From IMG/VR virus record IMGVR_UViG_3300045988_158809: a stretch of DNA of 64,000 bases. One strand, written 5' to 3'. Below are positions 49,545 through 58,157 of the stretch, one piece after another. A program made the position numbers and the translations under genes. This DNA is from a virus. Each line of letters begins with the position of its first letter. Position 1 is the first letter of the stretch. Below the pieces are notes generated by a model. It was not told the origin of the DNA. It worked only from the letters and a program-made list of their open reading frames with translations, and searched no databases.

Positions 49545-49943
49545 ATGTACACACGTCTGGTGAAGAGTGTCGTGGTTGTTCTTTTGTTGACGCTATTCGC
49601 ATGTAGTGAGAAAGAATCTCCTATCGACCTTAACAAATCGGACATTGTGGGTGAGTGGGAAACGGAATATTTTGAGTGCGCTCCTATGTATGGCCCGCTA
49701 AAGGCTGTATTTACGGATGAAGGCACTTTCCGTTTTGAGTATTACATGAGCTTCAATGAGGATGATGACCGGAGTCTGGTCAGGGAAACTGGTATGTATT
49801 CGGTTTCTGGAAACAAGTTGAAGTATCAAAGTGAATACGGTTACTCCGGTGAGGTTTCTATCGAAGCGTTTACCGGGCGCACAGCCATCTTCAATGTTTC
49901 GAACGGAGAAATCGGATTCTCCGCCAAAGCTTCCAAAAAGTAG
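49545..49943 (+). CDS. lipoprotein (132 aa), paralog of 54101..54499
   Basis: Signal peptide plus lipobox LTLFAC; shared DIVGEWETEYF / DLVGTWKTDYF and PMYGPL / PFYGPM. Confidence 0.75.
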   Translation: MYTRLVKSVVVVLLLTLFACSEKESPIDLNKSDIVGEWETEYFECAPMYGPLKAVFTDEGTFRFEYYMSFNEDDDRSLVRETGMYSVSGNKLKYQSEYGYSGEVSIEAFTGRTAIFNVSNGEIGFSAKASKK

Positions 49944-49969
49944 CTTGGGTGTACAGGGAATCAAGTTGT

Positions 49970-50001
49970 CCGGCATGGTTTTTCCATGCCGGATTTTTTT
50001 T
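49970..50001 (+). terminator. intrinsic terminator (9-bp stem, T8)
   Basis: ccggcatgg ttttt ccatgccgg a tttttttt. Confidence 0.8.
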
Positions 50002-50026
50002 GTCACTTTACAAACTTCTTGATACA

Positions 50027-50034
50027 TATCTTTG
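50027..50034 (+). promoter_or_regulatory. -7 box TATCTTTG
   Basis: 24 nt before ATG 50059. Confidence 0.45.
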
Positions 50035-50058
50035 GTGTCATAAAAATATATTTTCATT

Positions 50059-50361
50059 ATGGCACAGACAACTCTAACCTTCCAGCCGCAAATGGTTGAC
50101 GGAAAACAGCGTTACGTTTGCGAAGAAACCGTAACAGCCGACTATGCGCTACATATAGAAAGGACCGGCGCCGGAAAACTTAACTTCTTTGTACGATCTA
50201 CAGCCGACGGCAAATACTGTCCGTCGGACGTAAGCTCATTCCTGCAGAACCTCGCAAAAGAGGTGTTCGATTATGATTTCACTCACCTGGTGTACCCGAA
50301 GTACATCCGCATTGAGAGCGATACGGAGGTCACTTCTGCTACCCTCATTACAGCAGAGTAA
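50059..50361 (+). CDS. hypothetical protein (100 aa)
   Basis: ORF track; first gene of the tail-fibre block. Confidence 0.6.
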   Translation: MAQTTLTFQPQMVDGKQRYVCEETVTADYALHIERTGAGKLNFFVRSTADGKYCPSDVSSFLQNLAKEVFDYDFTHLVYPKYIRIESDTEVTSATLITAE

Positions 50362-50364
50362 CGT

Positions 50365-50523
50365 ATGAAAATCAATTTTATAGGAGTAAACAGATTGAAA
50401 ACAGGGGGGCAGTATATCAATTTTGCAATTGAAAAATCCAAACCAGGAAAACCTGTTACTCCTCCTGAAGAAAAATACCTCGTACTCGACAAAGGAAAGC
50501 TCGATGTAAACAAATTAAAATAA
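50365..50523 (+). CDS. possible small protein (52 aa)
   Basis: Not in the track (under 60 aa); fills the gap between neighbouring genes exactly. Confidence 0.35.
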   Translation: MKINFIGVNRLKTGGQYINFAIEKSKPGKPVTPPEEKYLVLDKGKLDVNKLK

Positions 50524-50529
50524 TATGCC

Positions 50530-50781
50530 ATGGCAGATATTCAGAAATTAAATAAAACATTCACCAGAGAGCAGGTGTTGCAGTCTGATGAAATGAACAC
50601 TATAACGAAGAAGATAGACGAACTCGTAGATGGAGTAAACTCTTCCTTGAAACAAGTACCTGAAGGCTACATAACAGAAGAAGAACTTGCGAAGAAAGGG
50701 TACGCTACCTCTCAGGATTTAAGCAATGCTATAGGAGATATAAACACAGTACTTGATGAAGTAAACGGGGAGGTGATATAA
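50530..50781 (+). CDS. tail-fibre-associated protein (83 aa)
   Basis: The C-terminal INTVLDEVNGEVI motif is common at phage fibre N-termini/connectors; ATGA-type overlap with the next gene. Confidence 0.45.
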   Translation: MADIQKLNKTFTREQVLQSDEMNTITKKIDELVDGVNSSLKQVPEGYITEEELAKKGYATSQDLSNAIGDINTVLDEVNGEVI

Positions 50782-52199
50782 TGGGAACGACAGCAGACAA
50801 ACTAAACAAGTTAAAAGAAAGCAAAGCCGCCATAAAGGCAGCCATTGAAGCAAAGGGTGTAGAAAATGTAGGAGAAATCCTTTCCGAATACCCGGCTAAA
50901 ATAGCAGCCATTCCGACAGGGGATGAATACGCCCTTGAATCGCAAATGCTGATACTGCCGGTACGTTCGACCATTATCACCACGAGTGAAGGAAAGACTG
51001 CAGCGATAGCCACAAACGACCATATCAAGATTGTAGATGCAGACCTGAAACATTACACAGTAAAAGAATGGAACGACCGAAGCGTGGCAAATGGCTTCGA
51101 CAACGAACTCATTGCTCCTCCTGTAGGCTTTTCTCTGGAGTGTAACGGAGTCAGAACTATATTATACTGGCCGTGGATGGGAGAATACTATGCTACATCC
51201 GGCACTACAAGCAAGGTGTCAAACGCGATGCAACACTCCGTGTTTGAATACGACCAGATGACTGGAGCGCGCGAAGGTACAGATTATCACGGCACGGCAG
51301 ATGAAAACCTTGGCACGCACGCCGCAGGAAGTCACTTCGCGGCGGATTGGAGCGTGTCCGTGACCGAAGACGACAAACTGGAACTCTATTGCGGCAATAC
51401 CAAGCAACGCTGGATAATGGAAAAGAATTGCGGCAATGTAAATGCTATGATAGCGGATAATTACGCCGAACGTCTTGAAGCCATGTATGTACAGAATGAA
51501 TGGCTTCGCCACAGGTTTGCCATCTGTAGCGGCATAGCATCTTCTGAAGCAGAAGGCACAATAACCAATGTGGAAATCCTAAATTCATCAGGCGTACAGG
51601 CTCAGGTAGGTGAAGATATGTTTTTCTTCGTAAACGGCCAGAACACAGGTTTGAAAGCAATGTACAATACAAATAATAAGTATTTAGTAAACAACGCATA
51701 CTATTTCAAACCTGAATACGCTGAATGGCTGTACGAACAGCAGAAAACAAACGGTGTAAACATGAACGACACCGGAGTAAACTCCGTCGAACGACCTCTT
51801 CTTTCTCCGGGCGCAAAAGGAGCGGAAGCCATTACTGTTGATGGTTATTGGTATATCATCACCCCATACATAAGCAGACCGGGAAGTTCCAGTACAGATT
51901 ACGACTGGAATATGGCTGACTCTCCCGCTGTGTATTACATCAAATCTCTTGAAAATAAATATATGGTTGGAGAGAAAGAGTTATACGCATACTGGACAAA
52001 TAAAAGCATAATTTCAGGATTAATAAATTATCTTAATGTTTATGAAAAATGGGGTGTACCCAATGTCCTGGGCAGCAATGTCTGGAGCTGTGTCCGCTTA
52101 AATGGCTTCAGAGCCTGGTACGTGACCATGGGCTACGGCTACTTGCACATCAACGACCCGATCTACACCGGCAGTGTGGTGCCGGCCTCCGCTTTTTAG
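50781..52199 (+). CDS. tail fibre / receptor-binding-like protein (472 aa)
   Basis: N-terminal DKLNKLKESKAAIKAAIEAKGVENVGEILSEYPAKIAAI is a motif I recognise from phage fibre proteins; position in the tail block. Confidence 0.5.
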   Translation: MGTTADKLNKLKESKAAIKAAIEAKGVENVGEILSEYPAKIAAIPTGDEYALESQMLILPVRSTIITTSEGKTAAIATNDHIKIVDADLKHYTVKEWNDRSVANGFDNELIAPPVGFSLECNGVRTILYWPWMGEYYATSGTTSKVSNAMQHSVFEYDQMTGAREGTDYHGTADENLGTHAAGSHFAADWSVSVTEDDKLELYCGNTKQRWIMEKNCGNVNAMIADNYAERLEAMYVQNEWLRHRFAICSGIASSEAEGTITNVEILNSSGVQAQVGEDMFFFVNGQNTGLKAMYNTNNKYLVNNAYYFKPEYAEWLYEQQKTNGVNMNDTGVNSVERPLLSPGAKGAEAITVDGYWYIITPYISRPGSSSTDYDWNMADSPAVYYIKSLENKYMVGEKELYAYWTNKSIISGLINYLNVYEKWGVPNVLGSNVWSCVRLNGFRAWYVTMGYGYLHINDPIYTGSVVPASAF

Positions 52200-52342
52200 G
52201 AAAAGTGCCAGCCTGGATAGCTGTCGAAAGCGACTGTTACAAAAACAAGCACGCATCGCTCGAAGCAGCATCGTTTCATTCCAACCTGTCGCGTATTTAT
52301 GAATTGATAAACAGAATAAACAACGGCTAATTTTAGAAAAAT

Positions 52343-52717
52343 ATGAAATATGGGAAATTAATCAATGATACTCTTGAGATTAAAGAGTTTGAAAACGGAA
52401 TGGAGGTAGGCGGCAGCCTTACCGAGCAACAGATTATCGCACAAGGCTATAAGCCATACTGCGAAACGGAAAAGCCTGAAGAAGCAGACTTCTTCATCAA
52501 CCGTGAACATGAAACCTGCATAGTTCAGGAGTGGGGAACGATAACCGAAGAATCCGGCATAAGCCGCGAGGCACTGCTGTTCTTTATCGAGAATACAGAC
52601 AGCAACTCCGTTATCACACTCACGCTTCCGGCAAAAGACTATGCCTCAATCATCGAGGACGAAGAAATCCTGTCGGTACTGAAAAACAAACCATCAATCT
52701 CAATCGTGACATTATGA
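52343..52717 (+). CDS. hypothetical protein (124 aa)
   Basis: ORF track. Confidence 0.6.
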   Translation: MKYGKLINDTLEIKEFENGMEVGGSLTEQQIIAQGYKPYCETEKPEEADFFINREHETCIVQEWGTITEESGISREALLFFIENTDSNSVITLTLPAKDYASIIEDEEILSVLKNKPSISIVTL

Positions 52718-53238
52718 TAAAATTTACAGAAAAAGAGATTTACAGTACAGAAGGCCTGTACATAAATCGTATCGGAACAAACATCTATTTCAAGCGTGCC
52801 AACCGCCTTCCTTCCGACATGGAGGAAATGTTCAAAGAAGTAAGCGATCTGCCCACCGACGAACTGGGAGCCGCAAAAGCCGCGAAGATATTCGAGATAG
52901 ACAGCTACGACACTAGCGACGCGGTAAACAGCTTCACTCTCGACGGCGAATCCGTTTGGCTCGACAAGAACACCCGCGTAGGACTGATGAACTCCACCCG
53001 GATACAGAAGGCAGCCTCCATGATCACCACCAAACTCTGGTTCGGAGGTAAAAGCTACACCCTCGAATGCGACACAGCCATACAGATGCTCTCTGCCCTT
53101 GAACTGTACGCCCTGCAGTGTTACAACGTAACGGCACAACACAAGGCAAATGTGGAAGCCCTGCAAAGCGTGGAAGAAGTGGAAGCCTACGACCACACAA
53201 CAGGATATCCTGAAAAACTTAATCTGAACACAAAATGA
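52714..53238 (+). CDS. hypothetical protein, possibly DUF4376-like fibre accessory (174 aa)
   Basis: ATG 52714 (ATGA overlap) chosen over track start 52531, which lies inside the upstream gene. Confidence 0.5.
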   Translation: MIKFTEKEIYSTEGLYINRIGTNIYFKRANRLPSDMEEMFKEVSDLPTDELGAAKAAKIFEIDSYDTSDAVNSFTLDGESVWLDKNTRVGLMNSTRIQKAASMITTKLWFGGKSYTLECDTAIQMLSALELYALQCYNVTAQHKANVEALQSVEEVEAYDHTTGYPEKLNLNTK

Positions 53239-53750
53239 TACTCATAATCTTATCAATGGGCGTCATCCTCACATACGTGGGGGTGATGGTTTACAAAACA
53301 AAGGAGATACCTTACTCCATTAGCGACACATACTATTCGTTGAAACATAAGCTGTGGTTCGGCTTTACCATGGCCGCAACCGCCCTCCTCCTCATGCCCG
53401 CCATCCTCTCTGCTACCCCCGAAAATTATCAGTTCACCGCATTTTTGATGTGCGGAGCGTTGCTGTTCGTGGGTGCGGCACCCAATTTCAAAGCCGGGAT
53501 GGACCGGTCTGTACACATCGTCGCTACCACGATAGCTGCGCTCAACAGTCAGATATGGACAGCACTTACCTGCCCGTGGATGCTGCTTGTATGGATTGCG
53601 TGGGCATTATATATCGGTATACGCTTGAAACAAGTCTGGAATGGGGATTTATGGTACAGCTTCGTGCTATGCAAGCCGCTGTTCTGGGCGGAGGTGATAG
53701 CGTTCGGGATGGTTTATGGAACATTGTTTATAGCGGGAAATATATACTGA
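53235..53750 (+). CDS. polytopic membrane protein (171 aa)
   Basis: 5-6 hydrophobic segments. Confidence 0.65.
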   Translation: MILIILSMGVILTYVGVMVYKTKEIPYSISDTYYSLKHKLWFGFTMAATALLLMPAILSATPENYQFTAFLMCGALLFVGAAPNFKAGMDRSVHIVATTIAALNSQIWTALTCPWMLLVWIAWALYIGIRLKQVWNGDLWYSFVLCKPLFWAEVIAFGMVYGTLFIAGNIY

Positions 53751-53768
53751 ATATTTATTTTTATAATT

Positions 53769-53939
53769 ATGAAAAAGAAACTTATCATTTTAGCAATCGC
53801 TATTGTTGTTATTGTAGGATTGCTTGCTTATTACCAGTACGTGCCTTTCTGGGCGAGTATTGTAAGTACAGGAGCATTTATCGCCGGCATGGTAGTCGGT
53901 TGGATGGCCAAAGTCTGGTCAGAGAAACACATCGTTTGA
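53769..53939 (+). CDS. small two-TM membrane protein, holin-like architecture (56 aa)
   Basis: Not in the track. MKKKLIILAIAIVVIVGLLAYYQYVPFWASIVSTGAFIAGMVVGWMAKVWSEKHIV; followed by a terminator. Confidence 0.45.
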   Translation: MKKKLIILAIAIVVIVGLLAYYQYVPFWASIVSTGAFIAGMVVGWMAKVWSEKHIV

Positions 53940-53966
53940 CAGGATGATGTTTCATTTTAAGTTGAA

Positions 53967-53999
53967 GAGGAAAAGTTTTTGCTTTTCCTCTTTTTTTTT
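53967..53999 (+). terminator. intrinsic terminator (9-bp stem, T9)
   Basis: gaggaaaag tttttg cttttcctc ttttttttt. Confidence 0.8.
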
Positions 54000-54064
54000 G
54001 TAGAGCTAACTATTAGTTTATACTCATTATTAGTGAGATTTGATTTTTAGATAGATTATTTTTT

Positions 54065-54093
54065 TATTTTTGCTCATGTAATCAATTTAAAAT
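54065..54093 (+). promoter_or_regulatory. -7 box TATTTTTG (54065-54072) plus conserved 16-nt leader GTAATCAATTTAAAAT (54078-54093)
   Basis: The leader is identical to 49526-49541. Confidence 0.55.
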
Positions 54094-54100
54094 TATTATT

Positions 54101-54499
54101 ATGAAAGCAATGTGTTTTTTCAGAGTGGCAATAATTTTGCTTCTCTTATCTCTGTCGTCCTGCAAGAAGGAGACTGATATTTACTTATCTATTGAAGATT
54201 TGGTTGGAACATGGAAGACAGATTATTTTGATAAGTCACCATTTTATGGCCCCATGGCAATAACATTCAGAGACGACTATACTTTAACTATTCATTACAA
54301 AAAGACTTTAGACGATGGGCCTATGTCTAATGTTTATGTTTTGAGTATGTTTGATATTGATGGTAACAAAATTAATTATTACGGTTCTGATGGAAATACA
54401 TCCACTCTTTTGATAAAATCGTTTTCATGGAATACAATGAAATTCAGAATGTCTGATCACGAGATTAATTTAACTCTTGAAGCAGAAAAGATAGAATGA
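54101..54499 (+). CDS. lipoprotein (132 aa), paralog of 49545..49943
   Basis: Signal peptide plus lipobox LSLSSC. Confidence 0.75.
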   Translation: MKAMCFFRVAIILLLLSLSSCKKETDIYLSIEDLVGTWKTDYFDKSPFYGPMAITFRDDYTLTIHYKKTLDDGPMSNVYVLSMFDIDGNKINYYGSDGNTSTLLIKSFSWNTMKFRMSDHEINLTLEAEKIE

Positions 54500-54605
54500 T
54501 TTCTTGAAAAATTATCGTTAAATTATTTTGTTTAATTCCAGGAAAGAACTTCCTTTGCGTTAAATAAAAACCCGAATTTTAAATAATAAACAAAAGTTTA
54601 CATGA

Positions 54606-54640
54606 AGCGGAAAGCCTAAAAATGAGGTTTTCCGCTTTAT
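54606..54640. terminator. hairpin between convergent genes (8-bp stem AGCGGAAA/TTTCCGCT)
   Basis: Read directly; the loop carries the 18-mer shared with 38999-39016. Confidence 0.5.
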
Positions 54641-54651
54641 TATTGAAACAG

Positions 54652-54981
54652 TTAAATATTTTCCTTGAATTTCCTGTAAAGGCAGTATGTTGAAACAACA
54701 AACCAAACAAAAGCCGGGAAAGCGATAAGCGGATGCGAATCAACCATACAGACACCGGAAACTGAAGCCATTGCGTTTATGCCTGTTTTTGACAACATTA
54801 TCCGTACCTCATGCTTCTCCAATTCGCACCACTCCAACATGTATTTGAGAAGTTTTCTTTTCATTCGTGTGCGGATTGGTGTTATGGTTTCCGTCTGAGC
54901 ATTTTTAGGAACTGTTCCCACTCTTTCTACAGGTTGAATGTTGTTTAGTATTATAAGTGTATCGTTCTTTGCCATAGTCAA
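54652..54981 (-). CDS. hypothetical membrane protein (109 aa)
   Basis: ORF track; C-terminal hydrophobic segments; overlaps the stop of the upstream gene. Confidence 0.55.
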   Translation of the reverse strand: MTMAKNDTLIILNNIQPVERVGTVPKNAQTETITPIRTRMKRKLLKYMLEWCELEKHEVRIMLSKTGINAMASVSGVCMVDSHPLIAFPAFVWFVVSTYCLYRKFKENI

Positions 54982-56135
54982 AGTTCTTTTGAAATTTTCA
55001 TCATGTTTTCCATTATCTCTTCCAGAGTGTTGCTTGGAGCAACTTTATTTATTTCGTAAAGCTTGATTATTGAGTCAAGCAGGACAACCTTCTGCTCATT
55101 TGTTTTTGCTTGTGACCTTTGTAGAGCCGTTTGCTTGACGGATTTCGTTTTAGGTACAATGCTGTAGTCACTGCTGAACACTTTTTCAAAGATTTCCCTG
55201 TACAATTGAACCGGTTCAACCATTATTCTTTCAAAGGTTTTGATACTCATGTAGTATTTGCCTAAAGCATCCTTATGAGTTCTTTCGCTTCCCTTCTGAG
55301 TGTAATCTTTGTCATAAACAAAGATATTCGGCTGTCCGTTACGTCCAAGCAGCTTATCCATGACACGGCGCTTTGCGCTAAACCTCATACCCCAAACTTC
55401 ATCTACCGGAACAGGAAATTTGTTGTTGTCGGCACATTTCATCTTTATTTCAAGAAAATACGCTTCAATCTCTTCGCGTGTGGATTCGGCAGTGAGGCGA
55501 AGCATTTCTTTTGATGTGGGCTTGTGTACAATGGCTTTCTGAGGTTTTTCGGCTACTTTGTGGAACACTTGGCGGTACACCTCAAACACGGCTCTGATTT
55601 TTCGGGCGATGAAGAATTCAAGGCATGAAACGGAGAGGTAGTATTTTTCTATCGGACGGCCTTTTCTTGATTTTTCCGCATTTCTGCGTAAAAATTGATT
55701 ATCAGCACCTTGCGGTTGCGTTTCCGTAATATTCGCATCTTCTCCGAATACATCTTTTGTCCATTCTTTGTCCGAAGTGTTTGATTTTTTGATATTTTGG
55801 TCAAAAAATTGATATTCAGTTACTTGTGTATTTTTAATTCCGTTTTTAAAGCCTGTGTTTTTAGGCTGGAATGAATCTCGCTTGCCATTTTGGTCAAGCG
55901 AGTTTGATTTTGGTTTTTCGCTCTTTGTAATAAAATCTATGCTCTCAATAAAGTTGTTTTTTAAAGCCTTTACAGCCACACCTTTTTCAGCATACGCCAA
56001 CATCCAAACATCATCAAGTTCCACCGGAAACTCTTTGTTCTCTCTCGTCAGTTTTAGGATTCCCTGAAAGTAACTCTTAATAGTTGCTTCGGGACAGTCC
56101 TTTGTCAGTTTCAAAATTTCTGTTGCCATTTTCAC
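54978..56135 (-). CDS. hypothetical protein built from two tandem ~180-aa repeats, antirepressor-like (385 aa)
   Basis: EATIKSYFQGILKLTRENKEFPVELDDVW / REEIEAYFLEIKMKCADNNKFPVPVDEVW and KYYLSVSCLEFF / KYYMSIKTFERI. Confidence 0.5.
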   Translation of the reverse strand: MKMATEILKLTKDCPEATIKSYFQGILKLTRENKEFPVELDDVWMLAYAEKGVAVKALKNNFIESIDFITKSEKPKSNSLDQNGKRDSFQPKNTGFKNGIKNTQVTEYQFFDQNIKKSNTSDKEWTKDVFGEDANITETQPQGADNQFLRRNAEKSRKGRPIEKYYLSVSCLEFFIARKIRAVFEVYRQVFHKVAEKPQKAIVHKPTSKEMLRLTAESTREEIEAYFLEIKMKCADNNKFPVPVDEVWGMRFSAKRRVMDKLLGRNGQPNIFVYDKDYTQKGSERTHKDALGKYYMSIKTFERIMVEPVQLYREIFEKVFSSDYSIVPKTKSVKQTALQRSQAKTNEQKVVLLDSIIKLYEINKVAPSNTLEEIMENMMKISKEL

Positions 56136-56386
56136 TCAATTTTTAAGTTTATATTCTGTTTAATTTGATTGTTGTCTTTCTGAAACATAGCAAGTAGACC
56201 AATAAATGATTCAAAGAAATATTTGTTTACCTCTATATTTCCGGTTGCATTGCTGATTGTTACTGTATTACCGCTTTCGCAAATTGAAACGCTTTCGGTC
56301 GTTCCTATTTCCGTGTCAATGATATAGTTTATTTCCTTTGTAATTTTCTTTGTTCCCATGATTCCTGATGCTTTTTTGTTATACAT
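56132..56386 (-). CDS. hypothetical protein (84 aa)
   Basis: ORF track; overlapping start/stop with neighbours. Confidence 0.5.
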   Translation of the reverse strand: MYNKKASGIMGTKKITKEINYIIDTEIGTTESVSICESGNTVTISNATGNIEVNKYFFESFIGLLAMFQKDNNQIKQNINLKIE

Positions 56387-56606
56387 AATTCTTAACGTAG
56401 TTCATTGCCCTGTAGTGTTGTCCGTACATCTGAACATCCGGTCTGTAAGGCTCAAACACGAACTCTTTCACTCCATCAGGATGCACAGCCATTGCCTCTG
56501 CTCCGTCTTTATGGTACACTATCTTCACCACTGCCGCATTACTTAACTTTTCATGAATGCGCCTGCAGGCTTCCACCTGCTCTTTTCCGATTCTGGTCTT
56601 TTCCAT
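56379..56606 (-). CDS. hypothetical protein (75 aa)
   Basis: ORF track. Confidence 0.5.
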   Translation of the reverse strand: MEKTRIGKEQVEACRRIHEKLSNAAVVKIVYHKDGAEAMAVHPDGVKEFVFEPYRPDVQMYGQHYRAMNYVKNYV

Positions 56607-56624
56607 AATTATATAAGTATTGGT

Positions 56625-56882
56625 TTAAAATTTTCTGTAACCATAGTCAACACGCCAGTCGTTTCTACCGAAAGTCACATTGCGGTATGCGCGCTCATTC
56701 TGTATGTCTTTTGCAGAACGAGTGAATGATACAGCTTTCCCCTCATTTGCTTCCCTTTCTTTCAAGGCTACCTTTGCGCGACGCCATGCTTCTTTCAATG
56801 CCTGGCTCATTGTGCACCATGAGTTTCTGAAAATGCGGTGAGCTGCTTTCATTATTTCTGACTTGTTGAATTTTGATTTCAT
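56625..56882 (-). CDS. hypothetical basic protein (85 aa)
   Basis: ATG 56882 chosen; the track start 56912 is TTG and lies inside the -7 box. Confidence 0.5.
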   Translation of the reverse strand: MKSKFNKSEIMKAAHRIFRNSWCTMSQALKEAWRRAKVALKEREANEGKAVSFTRSAKDIQNERAYRNVTFGRNDWRVDYGYRKF

Positions 56883-56909
56883 ATTTACTGCTACTTTATT
56901 ATTATGGCG

Positions 56910-56991
56910 CAAATATATAGTAATAGTATATATAAAACAAAGCAGAAAATAAATAAATACTTTATATTAACATCTTTTATATATAGTAATA
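56910..56991. promoter_or_regulatory. divergent control region: minus-strand -7 box TATATTTG (56910-56917) and two direct 12-bp repeats TATATAGTAATA (56914-56925, 56980-56991)
   Basis: Read directly. Confidence 0.45.
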
Positions 56992-57014
56992 CTTTACTTT
57001 ATAGATAGATGGTT

Positions 57015-57022
57015 TATTTTTG
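57015..57022 (+). promoter_or_regulatory. -7 box TATTTTTG
   Basis: 28 nt before ATG 57051. Confidence 0.45.
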
Positions 57023-57050
57023 CAGAAACATTTATAACCTATAACTTAAT

Positions 57051-57329
57051 ATGAAATATAGAATTAAAGAAATTTGTGACGAGAAGGGAATAAAAGTCAA
57101 TTCCCTTACTGAAACGGTTGGTATTACATTACCAGCTCTTTACAATATCGTAAATGGAAAAATGTCGCCTAAAATGGAAACATTGGTAAAAATTGCCGAA
57201 GCCCTAAATGTACCTTTGTGGCAATTATTTGCTTCACCTGAAGAAGTCAGAAAAGAAACGGAGACAGCAGGAAATTATGTTTGCCCCAAATGTGGCGCAA
57301 AGTTAGAGATTGAGATAAAAGAAGTTTAA
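57051..57329 (+). CDS. XRE-family HTH regulator with C-terminal zinc ribbon (92 aa)
   Basis: IKEICDEKGIKVNSLTETVGITLPALYNIVNG; CPKCG. Confidence 0.7.
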   Translation: MKYRIKEICDEKGIKVNSLTETVGITLPALYNIVNGKMSPKMETLVKIAEALNVPLWQLFASPEEVRKETETAGNYVCPKCGAKLEIEIKEV

Positions 57330-57347
57330 TTTTAAAATTCAGTAGTT

Positions 57348-58157
57348 ATGGGGGCTTTAATAGTTGCTTTTGTTATAGCTATTTTTATTGGAACATTTAT
57401 TTATGCATGGAAAGAAGAAAAGGTTGAAGGAGAGGTTTCTTCCGAAGAGTTGTTGGAGAGAATAAAATGTTCTGACATTAAAAGAATAGATTTCAGGATA
57501 AGAGGTATTGCTTTTTTATCCGAAGAAAGCAGGCAAATGGTGTTTTCCTTGATGCCGACAGATACTTTATATTTAAGGCGAGAACCTTGGAATCCTGTAG
57601 ATTCGAATGCTGTGGCGGTTTTCAGAGGTGATGAAAAGATTGGATATGTAGAAAAACCTATAAACAAGGTTATTCTTAAATATATATCAAGTGATTTTAT
57701 GTATAATTGCTGTTTTGCATATAAGGAAAGGAATGATAAGGATTATATGGAATATTATTGTTCGTTTTTTATTGAATCAAAAGGGAGCAATGATAAATTG
57801 CCGTCAGGTGTTCTAAATCCTACAATGGATAATATTTTCACTAATCCAAAAATAGATTTTCCTTTTGGTAAAGAAAATTATGATTTTTATGCCGTTCCTG
57901 GAGAATGGATTTTCAGTGAATACCAATCTTATGGAAAGAAAAGCAAACTTGAGGTTAAAGAAGATCCTGATACAAGAGAATTATATGATGCAAATAAAGA
58001 TTTAATGTCTGATTTTTTAAATAATTTATATCTTTTGAACGAGGAAACTACAACTGTAAATGACGTTATTAGAAAATATAGAGAATTATTTAAAAAAAGA
58101 TATATGGAAGGTTGGATTAACAAGTATTTAGCTACTCATGATATATTTATAGATTAA
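57348..58157 (+). CDS. membrane-anchored HIRAN-domain protein (269 aa)
   Basis: N-terminal TM ALIVAFVIAIFIGTFIY; IRGIAF..DTLYLRREPWNPVDSNAVAVFRGDEKIGYVEK fits the HIRAN pattern (L.REP.NP.D.NA..V....IGY). Confidence 0.65.
   Translation: MGALIVAFVIAIFIGTFIYAWKEEKVEGEVSSEELLERIKCSDIKRIDFRIRGIAFLSEESRQMVFSLMPTDTLYLRREPWNPVDSNAVAVFRGDEKIGYVEKPINKVILKYISSDFMYNCCFAYKERNDKDYMEYYCSFFIESKGSNDKLPSGVLNPTMDNIFTNPKIDFPFGKENYDFYAVPGEWIFSEYQSYGKKSKLEVKEDPDTRELYDANKDLMSDFLNNLYLLNEETTTVNDVIRKYRELFKKRYMEGWINKYLATHDIFID

Noticed and set aside
50781-52342. Diversity-generating retroelement targeting the fibre C-terminus
   Set aside because: There is no reverse transcriptase ORF in the window, and no template-repeat copy of the 3' end of 50781..52199 in the flanking non-coding DNA.
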